NCBI GenBank assembly: GCA_038251965.1
Contig: JBBSAV010000005.1
Coordinates: forward strand, 1-58,313
Origin: Candidatus Limnocylindrales bacterium
GTDB lineage: Bacteria > Chloroflexota > Limnocylindria > Limnocylindrales > CSP1-4
Direction of reading: 5' to 3'
DNA: 58,313 bases
Shown here: positions 28,948-38,549 of the stretch, one piece after another
Layout: every line of letters begins with the position of its first letter
How positions within the stretch are numbered: position 1 is the first letter of the stretch
The notes under the pieces: generated by a model
Database searches by the model: none
What the model was told of the DNA's origin: nothing
What the model saw: only the letters and a program-made list of their open reading frames with translations
Program-made: the position numbers and the translations under genes

Positions 28948-29385
28948 TCAGTCGTCGCGGGACGACTGGCAGGTGGGACAGCGGCCGAAGAGCTCGAGCC
29001 GGTGCGTCTGCACCTCCCAGCCGGTCCGCCGTTCGATCTGGTCGATGGCAACGCCCAGTCCCAGGTCCTCCACCTCGGTCACGCGGCCGCAGGTGTCGCA
29101 CACGATATGGTGATGGTGGTGTTCGGGCAGGCAGGGCACATAGGCGTGGTCGCCGGTCGGCAGGTCGATGCGCTCCAGCACATCCAGCTCGGCGAAGAGG
29201 TCCAATGCACGGAAGACCGTCGCCCGGCCGATCTCGATGTCGCGGGCCTGCGCATCCTCGAGGAGGTCATTGGCGGTGAAGTGGCCCGTGCGGCGTGCGA
29301 CCAACTCGGCCACCACGCGACGCGGCTCGGTGAGTCGGTAGCCAGCCCGTCCCATGGCATCGACAAGGGGTTGGGCAGCAGTCAT
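28948..29385 (-). CDS. Fur-family regulator (Zur-like)
   Basis: RLTEPR, ATVFRAL, HHHHHIVCDTCG, CPTC. Confidence 0.92.
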   Translation of the reverse strand: MTAAQPLVDAMGRAGYRLTEPRRVVAELVARRTGHFTANDLLEDAQARDIEIGRATVFRALDLFAELDVLERIDLPTGDHAYVPCLPEHHHHHIVCDTCGRVTEVEDLGLGVAIDQIERRTGWEVQTHRLELFGRCPTCQSSRDD

Positions 29386-29486
29386 CTCGCCCGAATCGTA
29401 GCGATGTCGGGTCTCGGCCGTATTCGGGTCTTGAGCGCCGTCGTCGGTATCCTCTGCATATCCTGCACATGCAGCATGCGGCACGC

Positions 29487-30350
29487 ATGTCGCTGCACGC
29501 GTCCGAAGCCGCCCTGGAGGCCCGCCTCGCCCACATGGACCGACCCGTTCGAAAGCCGACCCTTCGATCGGTGGCGATGCCCGCTGAGCATGGTGGCTGG
29601 GGCCTGACGCTGGAGCCCGGCATCCTGGGGGTGCTCGTCGCGCCAAGCTTGGCAGGGTTGCTGCTGGGGATCGCGGCGTTGCTGGCACTCCTGGTGCGGA
29701 CACCACTGCGCCTCATGCTCATCGGTCGTCATCGGTCCGACGACCGGCCGAGGACCACGATGGGCACACAGCGCAACCAGTTGGCGACGCGACTCGCTGC
29801 CGCGGAGCTATCGGGCATCGGGCTTGCCGTCCTCGTCGCAGCCGTCCTCGCCCGCGACCCACTCTGGTGGCTGCCCATGGTCGTGGCCGCTCCGCTGTTC
29901 GCGCTGGCATTGTGGTTCGATATGCGTTCGCTCAGCCGCCACCTCATCCCCGAGGTGGTGGGTTCGGTCGCCATCGCGGGCGTGGCGGCCATGGGAGCCC
30001 TCGCCGGTGGCGCAGTGTGGGCATTGGCGCTTGGTGCCTGGGTCATCCTGGGGGCACGCATCTTCACGTCGATCCCCCACGTGCGGGCACAGGTCCGGCG
30101 CATCCACGGCCAACCGGCAGCCATCGCTCCGACGCTGATCGGCGACCTCAGCGCCATCGTCGCCGCAGTGGTGGCCGTGCTCCTCGACGGCTCGCTGGTG
30201 GTCGGCGCCATCGCGGTCCTGGGCCTGATCGTCATCCAGCGCATCACGTTGCTGCGGCCTCCGCGTCCGGCCAAGGTCCTGGGTATCCGCCAGATGATCC
30301 TCGGCTTTGCCGTCGTCGCCGCCACGGCCATCGGCGTCTGGATGCTGTAG
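29487..30350 (+). CDS. YwiC-like membrane protein (start uncertain)
   Basis: P.EHGGW motif; multi-TM. Confidence 0.75.
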   Translation: MSLHASEAALEARLAHMDRPVRKPTLRSVAMPAEHGGWGLTLEPGILGVLVAPSLAGLLLGIAALLALLVRTPLRLMLIGRHRSDDRPRTTMGTQRNQLATRLAAAELSGIGLAVLVAAVLARDPLWWLPMVVAAPLFALALWFDMRSLSRHLIPEVVGSVAIAGVAAMGALAGGAVWALALGAWVILGARIFTSIPHVRAQVRRIHGQPAAIAPTLIGDLSAIVAAVVAVLLDGSLVVGAIAVLGLIVIQRITLLRPPRPAKVLGIRQMILGFAVVAATAIGVWML

Positions 30351-30403
30351 GTCCGGCCGCCACGAAGAGCGCCGGCCTGTCCGAAGAGCGCCACCAAGAC
30401 ATG

Positions 30404-30439
30404 AAGAAAGGCCCGCCCCGGCTGGGACGAGCCTCTTCG
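30404..30439 (-). terminator. Intrinsic terminator of the cold-shock gene
   Basis: AGGCTCGTCCC/GGGGCGGGCCT stem followed by TTCTT on the - strand. Confidence 0.6.
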
Positions 30440-30474
30440 TCTACGTCGGCGGCAACACTGCCGCCACGACGGAG

Positions 30475-30678
30475 CTAGACCAGACGAACCTTCTGGGCCT
30501 GCGGGCCCTTGGGGCTCTGCCCGATCTCGAACTCGACCTTCTCACCGCCGGCAAGGCGGTCGAAGTCGGACGAACTCTCGAGCTCATTACGGTGGAAGAA
30601 GTATTCCTTGCCGTCTTCTGCGGCGATGAATCCGAAGCCTCGATCAGAGACGAGCTTCTTGATAGTTCCGGCGGCCAT
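30475..30678 (-). CDS. Cold-shock domain protein
   Basis: RGFGFI, FFH, KGPQA; AGGAGG RBS. Confidence 0.95.
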   Translation of the reverse strand: MAAGTIKKLVSDRGFGFIAAEDGKEYFFHRNELESSSDFDRLAGGEKVEFEIGQSPKGPQAQKVRLV

Positions 30679-30804
30679 GGGGCCCTCCTACGGATCCCGA
30701 ACGAAGAACGCGAGTACGCACGGTCCGTTCGAGAAGAGGGGTGACCACGCATGCTTGCTGCGACATGCAGCCCTACTAAGGTAGCACGCCTGCCGAATCG
30801 ACGG

Positions 30805-32469
30805 CTACCCTCGACTCCACGGCTGCGACTCAGGGGTCTCCAAGTTCACGATGCGAGCAACGCGCCGCGCCATCGAGGGCCGATGCGAGATGACCAGGAC
30901 CGTCCTGTTCTCCAGCCACCGGTCGAGCGCGGACCACAGGGCCACCTCGGTGGTGCTGTCAAGGTCGGCGGTGGCCTCGTCAAGGATGACGATGGGGGCG
31001 TCCTTGAGCACGGCGCGCGCGATGGCCAGCCGACGGCGTTCACCGCCCGAGAGCAGCAGGCCGTTCTCGCCGATGACCGTGTCGTAGCCATGGGGCAGTT
31101 CGGCGATGAAGTCGTGCAACTGGGCGATGCGGCAGGCTCGCTCCATGGCGGCTTGATCAGCCCCGGCATCGGCCACCGCGAGGTTGTCCGCGATGGTGGC
31201 ATTGAAGAGGTGGACGTCCTGGGGCACCACGCTCAGCTGTGCCCGCACGGCCTCGGCCTCAAGCTCATGCAGCTCGCAGCCGCCGAGCCGGATGGTGCCG
31301 TGGTCGTAGTCCCAGAAGCGCAATAGCAGCGAGACCAGGGTGGACTTGCCGCAGCCGCTGGGGCCCACGATGGCCACGCGTTCGCCCGCGGCGACCCGCA
31401 GGTCGAAGTCGCGCAGCGCCCATGGACCGGCAGGCTCGAAGCGGAACGAGAGGCCACTGATGTCGATGGCGTTGCCCTCGGAGACACACGCCGACCGCTC
31501 GGGATCGGGCACCGGAGGCGGCTCGTCGATCAACTCGAACAGCCGTCTCGCGGACCCGCGCGAGGTGTCCAGCAGTTGCAGTGAGCGCGCCAGCGGCTGC
31601 AGCGCCTCGAAGGCGGCGATGGCAGCCAGCGGCAGCGCCGCAAGGAACACGCCTTCCATCTTCTGTGAGCTCACCAACGGGATGGCCAACACCAGGATAC
31701 AGAGACCTGCCAGCGAGGCGAAGAGACCACCCAAGGCGTTGCTGACACCCTCGATGACACCCAGACGAGCCCGTGCTGCGTCCAGCTCACGTGCCCGGGC
31801 CAATAGCCGCTCACGATAGCCGGCGGCAGCATCGAGCGCGACCAGGTCGGCCACCCCGTCGAGCCCGTCGACCAGCAAGGCGCCGACATCGCCGCGGATG
31901 GTGGCGACCGCGGCCGCCGGGCTCGCCGAGAGCCGCCGCGCCAGCAAGGGCAGTGCCACGCCGGTGAGGAGCATGAAGAAGGCCAGCACGAGGCCGATGG
32001 CGAAGTCGAAGAGCCCGTAGATGACGCTTACCGACGCGACCACCACTGCGGCCACGAGCGGCGGCACGAGCACCTTGATGTAGAAGTCCTCCAGCGAGTC
32101 GACATCCGATACCGACCGTGTCAGCAGGTCGCCGCTGCGCTTCTGGACCAGCCGCGCCGGCGCCAGCGGCTCGACCGCGCGGTAGAACCAGACACGTACG
32201 CCGGAGAGGATGCGGAACATGGCGCGGTGGGTGGTGTATCGCTCCAGGTAGCGGAAACCGGCGCGAGAGATGGCCAACGCGCGCACGCCGGTGACAGCCA
32301 GTGCCAGCTCGGCCACGCTGCTGGCGATGGCGGCCTTGGAGATGAGGTAGGCCGATAGCCCCATCAACGCGACGTTGGAGCCGACGGCGATGATGCCGAA
32401 GAGCGCACCAGCCAGCAGCCAGCGCCAGTGCGGCAGCACGAGTCGGAGCAGCCGACGCAGGTCGCTCAT
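30805..32469 (-). CDS. cydC: Thiol/heme exporter CydC
   Basis: RYLERY..H, GDLLTR, GPSGCGKS, LSGGERRR; in the cyd operon. Confidence 0.92.
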   Translation of the reverse strand: MSDLRRLLRLVLPHWRWLLAGALFGIIAVGSNVALMGLSAYLISKAAIASSVAELALAVTGVRALAISRAGFRYLERYTTHRAMFRILSGVRVWFYRAVEPLAPARLVQKRSGDLLTRSVSDVDSLEDFYIKVLVPPLVAAVVVASVSVIYGLFDFAIGLVLAFFMLLTGVALPLLARRLSASPAAAVATIRGDVGALLVDGLDGVADLVALDAAAGYRERLLARARELDAARARLGVIEGVSNALGGLFASLAGLCILVLAIPLVSSQKMEGVFLAALPLAAIAAFEALQPLARSLQLLDTSRGSARRLFELIDEPPPVPDPERSACVSEGNAIDISGLSFRFEPAGPWALRDFDLRVAAGERVAIVGPSGCGKSTLVSLLLRFWDYDHGTIRLGGCELHELEAEAVRAQLSVVPQDVHLFNATIADNLAVADAGADQAAMERACRIAQLHDFIAELPHGYDTVIGENGLLLSGGERRRLAIARAVLKDAPIVILDEATADLDSTTEVALWSALDRWLENRTVLVISHRPSMARRVARIVNLETPESQPWSRG

Positions 32470-34346
32470 GACCAGCCCCCACGGTCGGCGTTGCGCGCGG
32501 CAACGTCATCGTCCTCGTCCTCGTCATCGTCGTGGTCGTGGTCGTCGAGCAAACGGCGATAGGCGCCGTTCGCGGCGAGTAGTTCGGCGGGCGGGCCACT
32601 CTCGATGACGCGACCATGGTCCAGCACGGCCACACGGTCGGCTCGCTGCGCCAACCTCAGGCGATGGGCGATCAGGAGCACGGTGCGGCTGACCACCAGG
32701 CGATCGATGGCGTCGGCGATGGCTTCCTCACTTGCCTCGTCCTGGTGCGAGGTGGCCTCGTCGAGCAGCAGCAGTGGAGCGTCACGCAGGAACGCCCGAG
32801 CGATGGCGATGCGCTGCCGTTGCCCCCCGGAGAAGCGGCTGCCGACCTCGCCCACCTCCGTGGCCAGCCCGCGCGGTAGCTGCGCGATGAAGCCGGCCGC
32901 GTTGGCCGCTTCTGCCGCCTCGATGACCGCCTCGTCGGTGGCCTCGGGGCGGGCCATCCGGATGTTGTCCGCGATGGTGCCGTGAAAGAGGTGCGGGCGC
33001 TGCGGCACCCACGCTAACGATGCGCGCCACGCCGCGACCGAGAGCTCTCGGAGCGGTCGGCCATCGACCTCGACCACGCCCGAATCAGCCTCGATGAAAC
33101 GCAGGAGCAGACTGGCCAGCGTCGATTTACCAGCACCGCTGGCGCCGACCAGGGCCAGCGATTCGCCGGGGCGCAGTTCGAGCGTGACAGCATCCAGGGC
33201 CATCGCGTCGCGCGTCGGATAGGTGAAGGTGACGCCGCTGTATCGGATGTGTGGCGCGGAGACCAGCGCCGCGGCAGGTGCCTTGCGCCGCCCGTCGCCG
33301 CAGCGGGCGCGCTGGCCGGCCGAGTCGGTGGTGGCTGGCGCATCGCTGTGGGTCGGCAGGTCCACCGGGGCTGGCTCGTCGAGGATGGCGAAGGCGCGGG
33401 CGGCCGCCGCCTTGCCCGCAGTGCCAACGTGGAACCGGACCGCCAACGCCCGCAGCGGCAGGAAGAACTCGGGTGTGATCAGCAGCACCGCCAAGGCACG
33501 CTCGAAGGCGATGCCGTCGTCGAGCAGCCGCAGCCCGATCTCGACCGCCACCAGCGCGATGGCGATGGTGGCGCCCCACTCAAGCACCAGCGAGGTCTGG
33601 AACGCGGTCCGCAGCACGTCCATGGTGGCGTCGCCGTAGCGGCCGCTGACCCGGCGCAGGTTGTCCACCTGCTCGCGGCTGCGGCCGAACATCTTGAGTG
33701 TGGCGATGCCGCGCAGGATGTCGAGGAAGAAGGCGCTCAGGGTGCGCATCTCCATGAACCGGCGCTCCGACACGGCCCGCGTGCGCCCGCCGATCACCAC
33801 CAGCAACAGCAGCAGCAGCGGTCCAGTGAACAGCAGCACCAGCACCGACGGCGGATCGAGCACGAACACGATCAGCAGCACCAGCAGCGGCACGATCATG
33901 GCAAGCCAGCGCACCGGCAGATACGTGGTGACGTACTCCTCGACCGACTCGAGGCCGCCGACCAGGACACCGCTGATCTCGCCGCTGCGTTCGTGACTGC
34001 TCCACGTCGGCCCGAGGCGCAGCAGCTGCCCGGTCAGGTCGGCTCGCAGCGTCCCCACCAGCACATCGGCGGAGCGGCGCGCCGCCAGCTCACCGGCGAT
34101 ACCCAGCAGCGTGCGCAGGATCAGCAAGGCGAAGCCTGCCGCCAGCAGTGGCAGCACGTCGTCCAGGGTGCGGCCGTCGAGGAAGACACCGGCCACTGCA
34201 AGGGCGACCGCGATGAGCTGCGCCACCAACGCCAGCATCGCGGCGACGCCGGCAAGGACCGCCACGGCCATCCAGCGGCGCGCACGCACGTCATGCCGGA
34301 GTAGCCGACGCTCGGGGGCAGCGCCGGACGCGGATGAGCTGATCAC
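32466..34346 (-). CDS. cydD: Thiol/heme exporter CydD
   Basis: TMDVLRTAF, PEFFLPLR, GASGAGKS, FSGGQRQR. Confidence 0.92.
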   Translation of the reverse strand: MISSSASGAAPERRLLRHDVRARRWMAVAVLAGVAAMLALVAQLIAVALAVAGVFLDGRTLDDVLPLLAAGFALLILRTLLGIAGELAARRSADVLVGTLRADLTGQLLRLGPTWSSHERSGEISGVLVGGLESVEEYVTTYLPVRWLAMIVPLLVLLIVFVLDPPSVLVLLFTGPLLLLLLVVIGGRTRAVSERRFMEMRTLSAFFLDILRGIATLKMFGRSREQVDNLRRVSGRYGDATMDVLRTAFQTSLVLEWGATIAIALVAVEIGLRLLDDGIAFERALAVLLITPEFFLPLRALAVRFHVGTAGKAAAARAFAILDEPAPVDLPTHSDAPATTDSAGQRARCGDGRRKAPAAALVSAPHIRYSGVTFTYPTRDAMALDAVTLELRPGESLALVGASGAGKSTLASLLLRFIEADSGVVEVDGRPLRELSVAAWRASLAWVPQRPHLFHGTIADNIRMARPEATDEAVIEAAEAANAAGFIAQLPRGLATEVGEVGSRFSGGQRQRIAIARAFLRDAPLLLLDEATSHQDEASEEAIADAIDRLVVSRTVLLIAHRLRLAQRADRVAVLDHGRVIESGPPAELLAANGAYRRLLDDHDHDDDEDEDDDVAARNADRGGWS

Positions 34347-34370
34347 GCAGTCGCGATCAGGCCGTCACGA

Positions 34371-35390
34371 CTAGTAGCTGGTCGGTTCGACAGTGACCTT
34401 GCCGCGGAAGATGTAATAGACACCGATCGTGTATAGCAGCACGAAGGGCATCCCGATGAGGGCGATGACCAACGCCACCGTCAGCGTGTTGTCCTCTGAG
34501 GCCGCGTTGTAGATGGTCAGGTTGTAGGCCTGATCGATGCTCGAGACGAGCAGGTTCGGGTGCATGCCGATACCGCCGGCGACCAGCAACATCAGGATCA
34601 TGACCGACGAGGCGGCGAAGGCCAGGAAGTAGCGCGCCCGTTGTACGAAGTACCAGACGGCACCCATGGCCACCAGTGCCGCCGCCGGGAAGATCACCGG
34701 CCAGATCTGTTCCAGATAGCGGTCGGTGAAGGGCAGGCCGAGCGCGACCGCGGCGATGACGCCGACGGTGTTGAGTGCCACGAACCCACCCATCAGGTAG
34801 GGCAACCAGCGTTTGGTGCGAGCCTGGATGTCGCCCTCCGTCTTCATGATCAAGTAGATGGCGCCGTGCATGGCGAGCATCGCGACGGTCGTGACCCCGA
34901 TGAGCAGCGCATACGGTGTGAGCAGCTCGAAGAGGTTGACCTCGATCTCCCCGCGAGCGTCCAGGGGAACCCCGTTGAGAATGGCCCCGAAGGCGACGCC
35001 CAGCAAGAGCGCGAGGACGGCTGAGCTTAGGAAGAAGCTGACGTCCCAGATGCTGCGCCACGTCGAGCCGGGGCGCTGCGAACGGAACTCCAGCGTCACG
35101 GCACGGAAGATCAGGACCACCAGCACGAGCATGAAGGCGATGTAGAAGCCAGAGAACAGTGAGGCGTAGGCGAAGGGGAAGACGGCGAAGAGCACACCAC
35201 CACCCAGGATGAGCCAGACCTCGTTGCCGTCCCAGACCGGGCCGATGCTGTTGAGCAACGTGCGCCGCTCCGTGTCGTTGCGGGCCAGCAGCAGGTGCAG
35301 GATGCCCACACCCATATCGAAGCCATCGAGGATGAGGTAGCCGCCGACGATGACGATGAAGAGGATGAACCAGATCTCGTTGAGGATCAT
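34371..35390 (-). CDS. cydB: Cytochrome bd oxidase subunit II
   Basis: LDGFDMGVG, IGPVWDGNEVW. Confidence 0.96.
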   Translation of the reverse strand: MILNEIWFILFIVIVGGYLILDGFDMGVGILHLLLARNDTERRTLLNSIGPVWDGNEVWLILGGGVLFAVFPFAYASLFSGFYIAFMLVLVVLIFRAVTLEFRSQRPGSTWRSIWDVSFFLSSAVLALLLGVAFGAILNGVPLDARGEIEVNLFELLTPYALLIGVTTVAMLAMHGAIYLIMKTEGDIQARTKRWLPYLMGGFVALNTVGVIAAVALGLPFTDRYLEQIWPVIFPAAALVAMGAVWYFVQRARYFLAFAASSVMILMLLVAGGIGMHPNLLVSSIDQAYNLTIYNAASEDNTLTVALVIALIGMPFVLLYTIGVYYIFRGKVTVEPTSY

Positions 35391-36814
35391 CGAACCATCC
35401 TCTCTTCCCCCTCACCGCGCGCGGTGAAGATACTGCGCAGCGTATCCGGTAGGTCCTCCACTGGCTTGGTCTCAAGCTCCTCGAGCGGCGCGGGGCCATG
35501 CTGGATCTTGGCATTCAACAGGTACAGGAACAGGGCCATCAGCAGGACGTAGATGAGCACGAAGCCACCCAGCGAGACCACGATCTCCTCCGCCGAGACG
35601 ACTGGTGAGGTGGCGACGGCGGTGAACATCAACCCATAGACGACCCACGGCTGACGACCGAACTCAGCGACCCACCAACCCATGGTGATGACGAAGAGCG
35701 ACACGAAGACCGTGGACACCACGATCCAGAGCGCCCAGCGGTACTCCAGCAGCTTGCGCTTCCAGAACCACAACCCCGCAGCCATGAGCGCGAAGGGCAC
35801 GATGGCCATGCCCAGCCCGACCATGAGGTGGTACGACTGGAAGGTCAGTTGCACTTCGCTCGGCGGGACATCGGGCGGGACATCGAAGGAGTTGATGCCC
35901 TCTACCGTGTCCTGGCCGCTGAGGAAGCTCAGCAGGCCCGGGATGGCCAGGCCGGTCGTGGTCCCGGCGTCGGTGTCCACCCAGCCGAAGGCATAGGCGG
36001 GAGCATTCTGCTGGGTTTCCCAGATGCCCTCCATGGCCGCCAGCTTGGTGGGCTGGAACTCGGCCACGTTGCGAGCCGATTCGGGGCCGAAGACGAAGGC
36101 ATTGGCGACCGCGAAGAGGATGAAGAATGGGAGCGCGATGGCGAGGGCGGCGCGGCCCAGGTCGGCGAAGTCCTTCTTCTTCAGCACGTAGTACGCACCC
36201 ACACTGGCCACGAACGCCGCGCCCGCGGTCCAGCTTGCGAAGAAGACGTGCAGGATGCGTGGAATGAAGGACGGCGTGAAGACGACGTCCCAGAAGTCGG
36301 TCATGACCGCCCGAGTGGGTAGCGGCAGGTCCTGGACCTGGTACCCCTGCGGGGTCTGCATCCAGGAGTTGGCCATCACGATCCAGAGCGCGCTGAAGTG
36401 CGCCCCCACCACGACCATGAGGCTGGCCCCGAACCACATCCGCGGTCCCAGCCGAGTGCCGCCGAAGAGCATCAGGCCGAGGAAGCCGCCTTCGAGGAAG
36501 AAGGCGAAGACACCTTCGGCCGCGAGGAGCGAGCCGAAGACGTTGCCCACGAAACGGGAGTAGTCGGCCCAGTTCATGCCGAACTCGAACTCCATGACCA
36601 CACCGGTGGCCACGCCCATGGCGAAGACGATGCCGTAGATCTTCACCCAGAAGAACGACAGGCGGCGCCACTTGGGGTCCTTGGTCCGCAGGTACATGCC
36701 GCTGATGACCAGCAGCATCAGGCCCAGCCCCATGGAGAGGGGCGGGAAGATGAAGTGGTAGGTGATCGTCAGCGTGAATTGCAGCCGAGCGAGCAGTTCG
36801 GCGTCCAAACCCAT
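35387..36814 (-). CDS. cydA: Cytochrome bd oxidase subunit I
   Basis: ARLQF...YH, EFEFG.NW, ANSWMQTP, KLAAME, GRQPW. Confidence 0.96.
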   Translation of the reverse strand: MGLDAELLARLQFTLTITYHFIFPPLSMGLGLMLLVISGMYLRTKDPKWRRLSFFWVKIYGIVFAMGVATGVVMEFEFGMNWADYSRFVGNVFGSLLAAEGVFAFFLEGGFLGLMLFGGTRLGPRMWFGASLMVVVGAHFSALWIVMANSWMQTPQGYQVQDLPLPTRAVMTDFWDVVFTPSFIPRILHVFFASWTAGAAFVASVGAYYVLKKKDFADLGRAALAIALPFFILFAVANAFVFGPESARNVAEFQPTKLAAMEGIWETQQNAPAYAFGWVDTDAGTTTGLAIPGLLSFLSGQDTVEGINSFDVPPDVPPSEVQLTFQSYHLMVGLGMAIVPFALMAAGLWFWKRKLLEYRWALWIVVSTVFVSLFVITMGWWVAEFGRQPWVVYGLMFTAVATSPVVSAEEIVVSLGGFVLIYVLLMALFLYLLNAKIQHGPAPLEELETKPVEDLPDTLRSIFTARGEGEERMVR

Positions 36815-37029
36815 CGCCCCCCTCTACGTCTCTGGGCCCAGCGCAGCGGCCGATTCCCACAGACCCCCACGCTCCACACCATCGTGCTCCGGACGTTTCC
36901 TGCCTGGCGCGTGCCGTTCGGCCACCCGATGGCGGGCCGTTCGGCCGCGAGGCTCCCTGGGAGCCAGGCTGCCTCTGGCGCCAGGATGCCTCTGGCGAAC
37001 CGCTTCCAACCGAGGCGTGTCGGTACCGC

Positions 37030-37178
37030 TTCCCGTTCAGCGGGACAACTCGACCCACCTGACGCCTGTTGAGTTCGTCTGTCCCGAACGGCGGGAAGCC
37101 GTGACAGCCTCTCCCGCCAGTCGGTAAGAGTCCGCATCTTCCGCCGCATCCCGGTCGTGTTGTCCCGCCACACGGGAA
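37030..37178. repeat. Left 149-bp four-palindrome element (TTCCCG-N4-GCGGGACAAC family)
   Basis: Motif at 37030 (+) and ending at 37097, 37127, 37178 (-). Confidence 0.9.
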
Positions 37179-37222
37179 CGTGTGCTAAGCCCGGGATAAG
37201 TGGCACCAACCAGCATAGAGCC

Positions 37223-37876
37223 ATGGCAGGGAGCGAACGTCGAGATGATCGAGTCAAGCGGGTCGCGCATGCCGCGTTGACCAACATCGGCCTGGAGATA
37301 CGCCAAGCTCGGCTCAACCACGACCTCAGCCAGTCTCAGGCGGCCGCTGCCATCGGCAAGTCGAACTCGGCATGGAGCCGCATCGAACGCGGGGAGTCTC
37401 CAAAGCTGCCCCTGCTCGATCTCGCCCTGGCGGCTGCCGTGGTGGGACTCGATCTGAACGTGCGCGCCTATCCTGGTGGGAGCCCGGTCCGCGATCGGGC
37501 ACACCTGGCATTGCTGGAACGGCTGAGGGCCTTGTTGGAGCCAACTGTCGGTTGGCGAACGGAGGTCGCACTGCCCAACCCCGGCGACCGTCGAGCGTGG
37601 GATGCCCTTGTTTCACTGCCGTCCATGCGCATCGGGGTGGAGGCAGAGACCAAGGTCCGCGACGCGCAGGAACTGCAGCGTCGGCTCTCCCTGAAACGCC
37701 GCGACGGCGGTGTCGACCACCTCATCCTCCTGCTCGCCAACACGCGACACAACCGCGCCTTCCTCCGAATGGCCGGTCGCGGCTTTCTGGCTGACTTCCC
37801 CGTACCTGGGGCTACTGCGCTAGCTCGACTCTCCGCCGCCGAAGACCCGCTCGGGAGCTCCATCGTGCTTCTCTGA
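37223..37876 (+). CDS. XRE-HTH protein fused to a putative PD-(D/E)XK/Vsr-like nuclease domain
   Basis: IRQARL...LSQ..AA...G.S...SRIERG HTH; C-terminal TEV...AWD...GVEAET acidic motif; CAGCAT-N6-ATG start. Confidence 0.75.
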   Translation: MAGSERRDDRVKRVAHAALTNIGLEIRQARLNHDLSQSQAAAAIGKSNSAWSRIERGESPKLPLLDLALAAAVVGLDLNVRAYPGGSPVRDRAHLALLERLRALLEPTVGWRTEVALPNPGDRRAWDALVSLPSMRIGVEAETKVRDAQELQRRLSLKRRDGGVDHLILLLANTRHNRAFLRMAGRGFLADFPVPGATALARLSAAEDPLGSSIVLL

Positions 37877-37885
37877 GGAAGCCGT

Positions 37886-37964
37886 GCTCGCCGTGGCGAG
37901 ACGCGATGGTATCGCCGTGTGGCGGGACGCGACGGCATTCCCGCGTGGCGGGACGCAATGACTA
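37886..37964. repeat. 26-27-bp tandem degenerate copies of the element's terminal motif
   Basis: gtggcgRgacgc units near 37886, 37912, 37938. Confidence 0.8.
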
Positions 37965-38113
37965 TTCCCGCGTGGCGGGACAACGTGACCATTCGGATCG
38001 GTGAATGCACCGACCTTCCCGGGACGCGGGAAGAACTGACATGCGCTCCCGCCGCGCGGGAAGAACCAGACGGCTGGACGCCCATCCGGTCACGTTGTCC
38101 CGCTCATCGGGAA
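37965..38113. repeat. Right 149-bp four-palindrome element, inverted relative to the left copy
   Basis: Motif at 37965, 38016, 38046 (+) and 38094-38113 (-). Confidence 0.9.
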
Positions 38114-38201
38114 TGGGCGACAGCCGGGGAAGCGGCTCCCGGAGGCGCTGGCGACTCGAACCCGGTGGCGATGCCTCGTGGACCCCGCCGTGTGACGCTA
38201 C

Positions 38202-38474
38202 TCAGAGCGGCAGTGTGGCCTCGCCGGCCGGTCGGACGAGCACCAGGGCGTATGTCACCGCCACGCCATCGTTCATGATGAAGCAGCCGCCCTTGACCGG
38301 GCAGGCCGTACAGCCGGCGTCCTCGAAGACGATGGCCCGCAATCGGCCCCGAGCCACCAGCGTCTCCAGCATGCCTTCGAGCGCCGACTCCTCGATGCCC
38401 AGGTCCCGACTGAGATCGACCAGGCACATCGGTTTACCGGCGTCGCGCACGGCCGACAGGATGGCACTGAGCAT
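38202..38474 (-). CDS. feoC: FeoC-like winged-helix protein
   Basis: LSRDLGIE..ALEGMLE.LV.RG and CTACPVKGGC; downstream of feoB. Confidence 0.75.
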   Translation of the reverse strand: MLSAILSAVRDAGKPMCLVDLSRDLGIEESALEGMLETLVARGRLRAIVFEDAGCTACPVKGGCFIMNDGVAVTYALVLVRPAGEATLPL

Positions 38475-38549
38475 CACGAGCGACCCAAGGTCATCTGGCA
38501 CGCCGCCCCGTCATCAGCCACCCCCGCGTCATCAGGCACACCGGCGTCA

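Noticed and set aside
37030-38113. Classical IS, RAYT/REP locus or CRISPR mini-array
   Set aside because: Protein lacks DDE and HUH/Tyr motifs; no target duplication seen; repeats are in mixed orientation with variable centres
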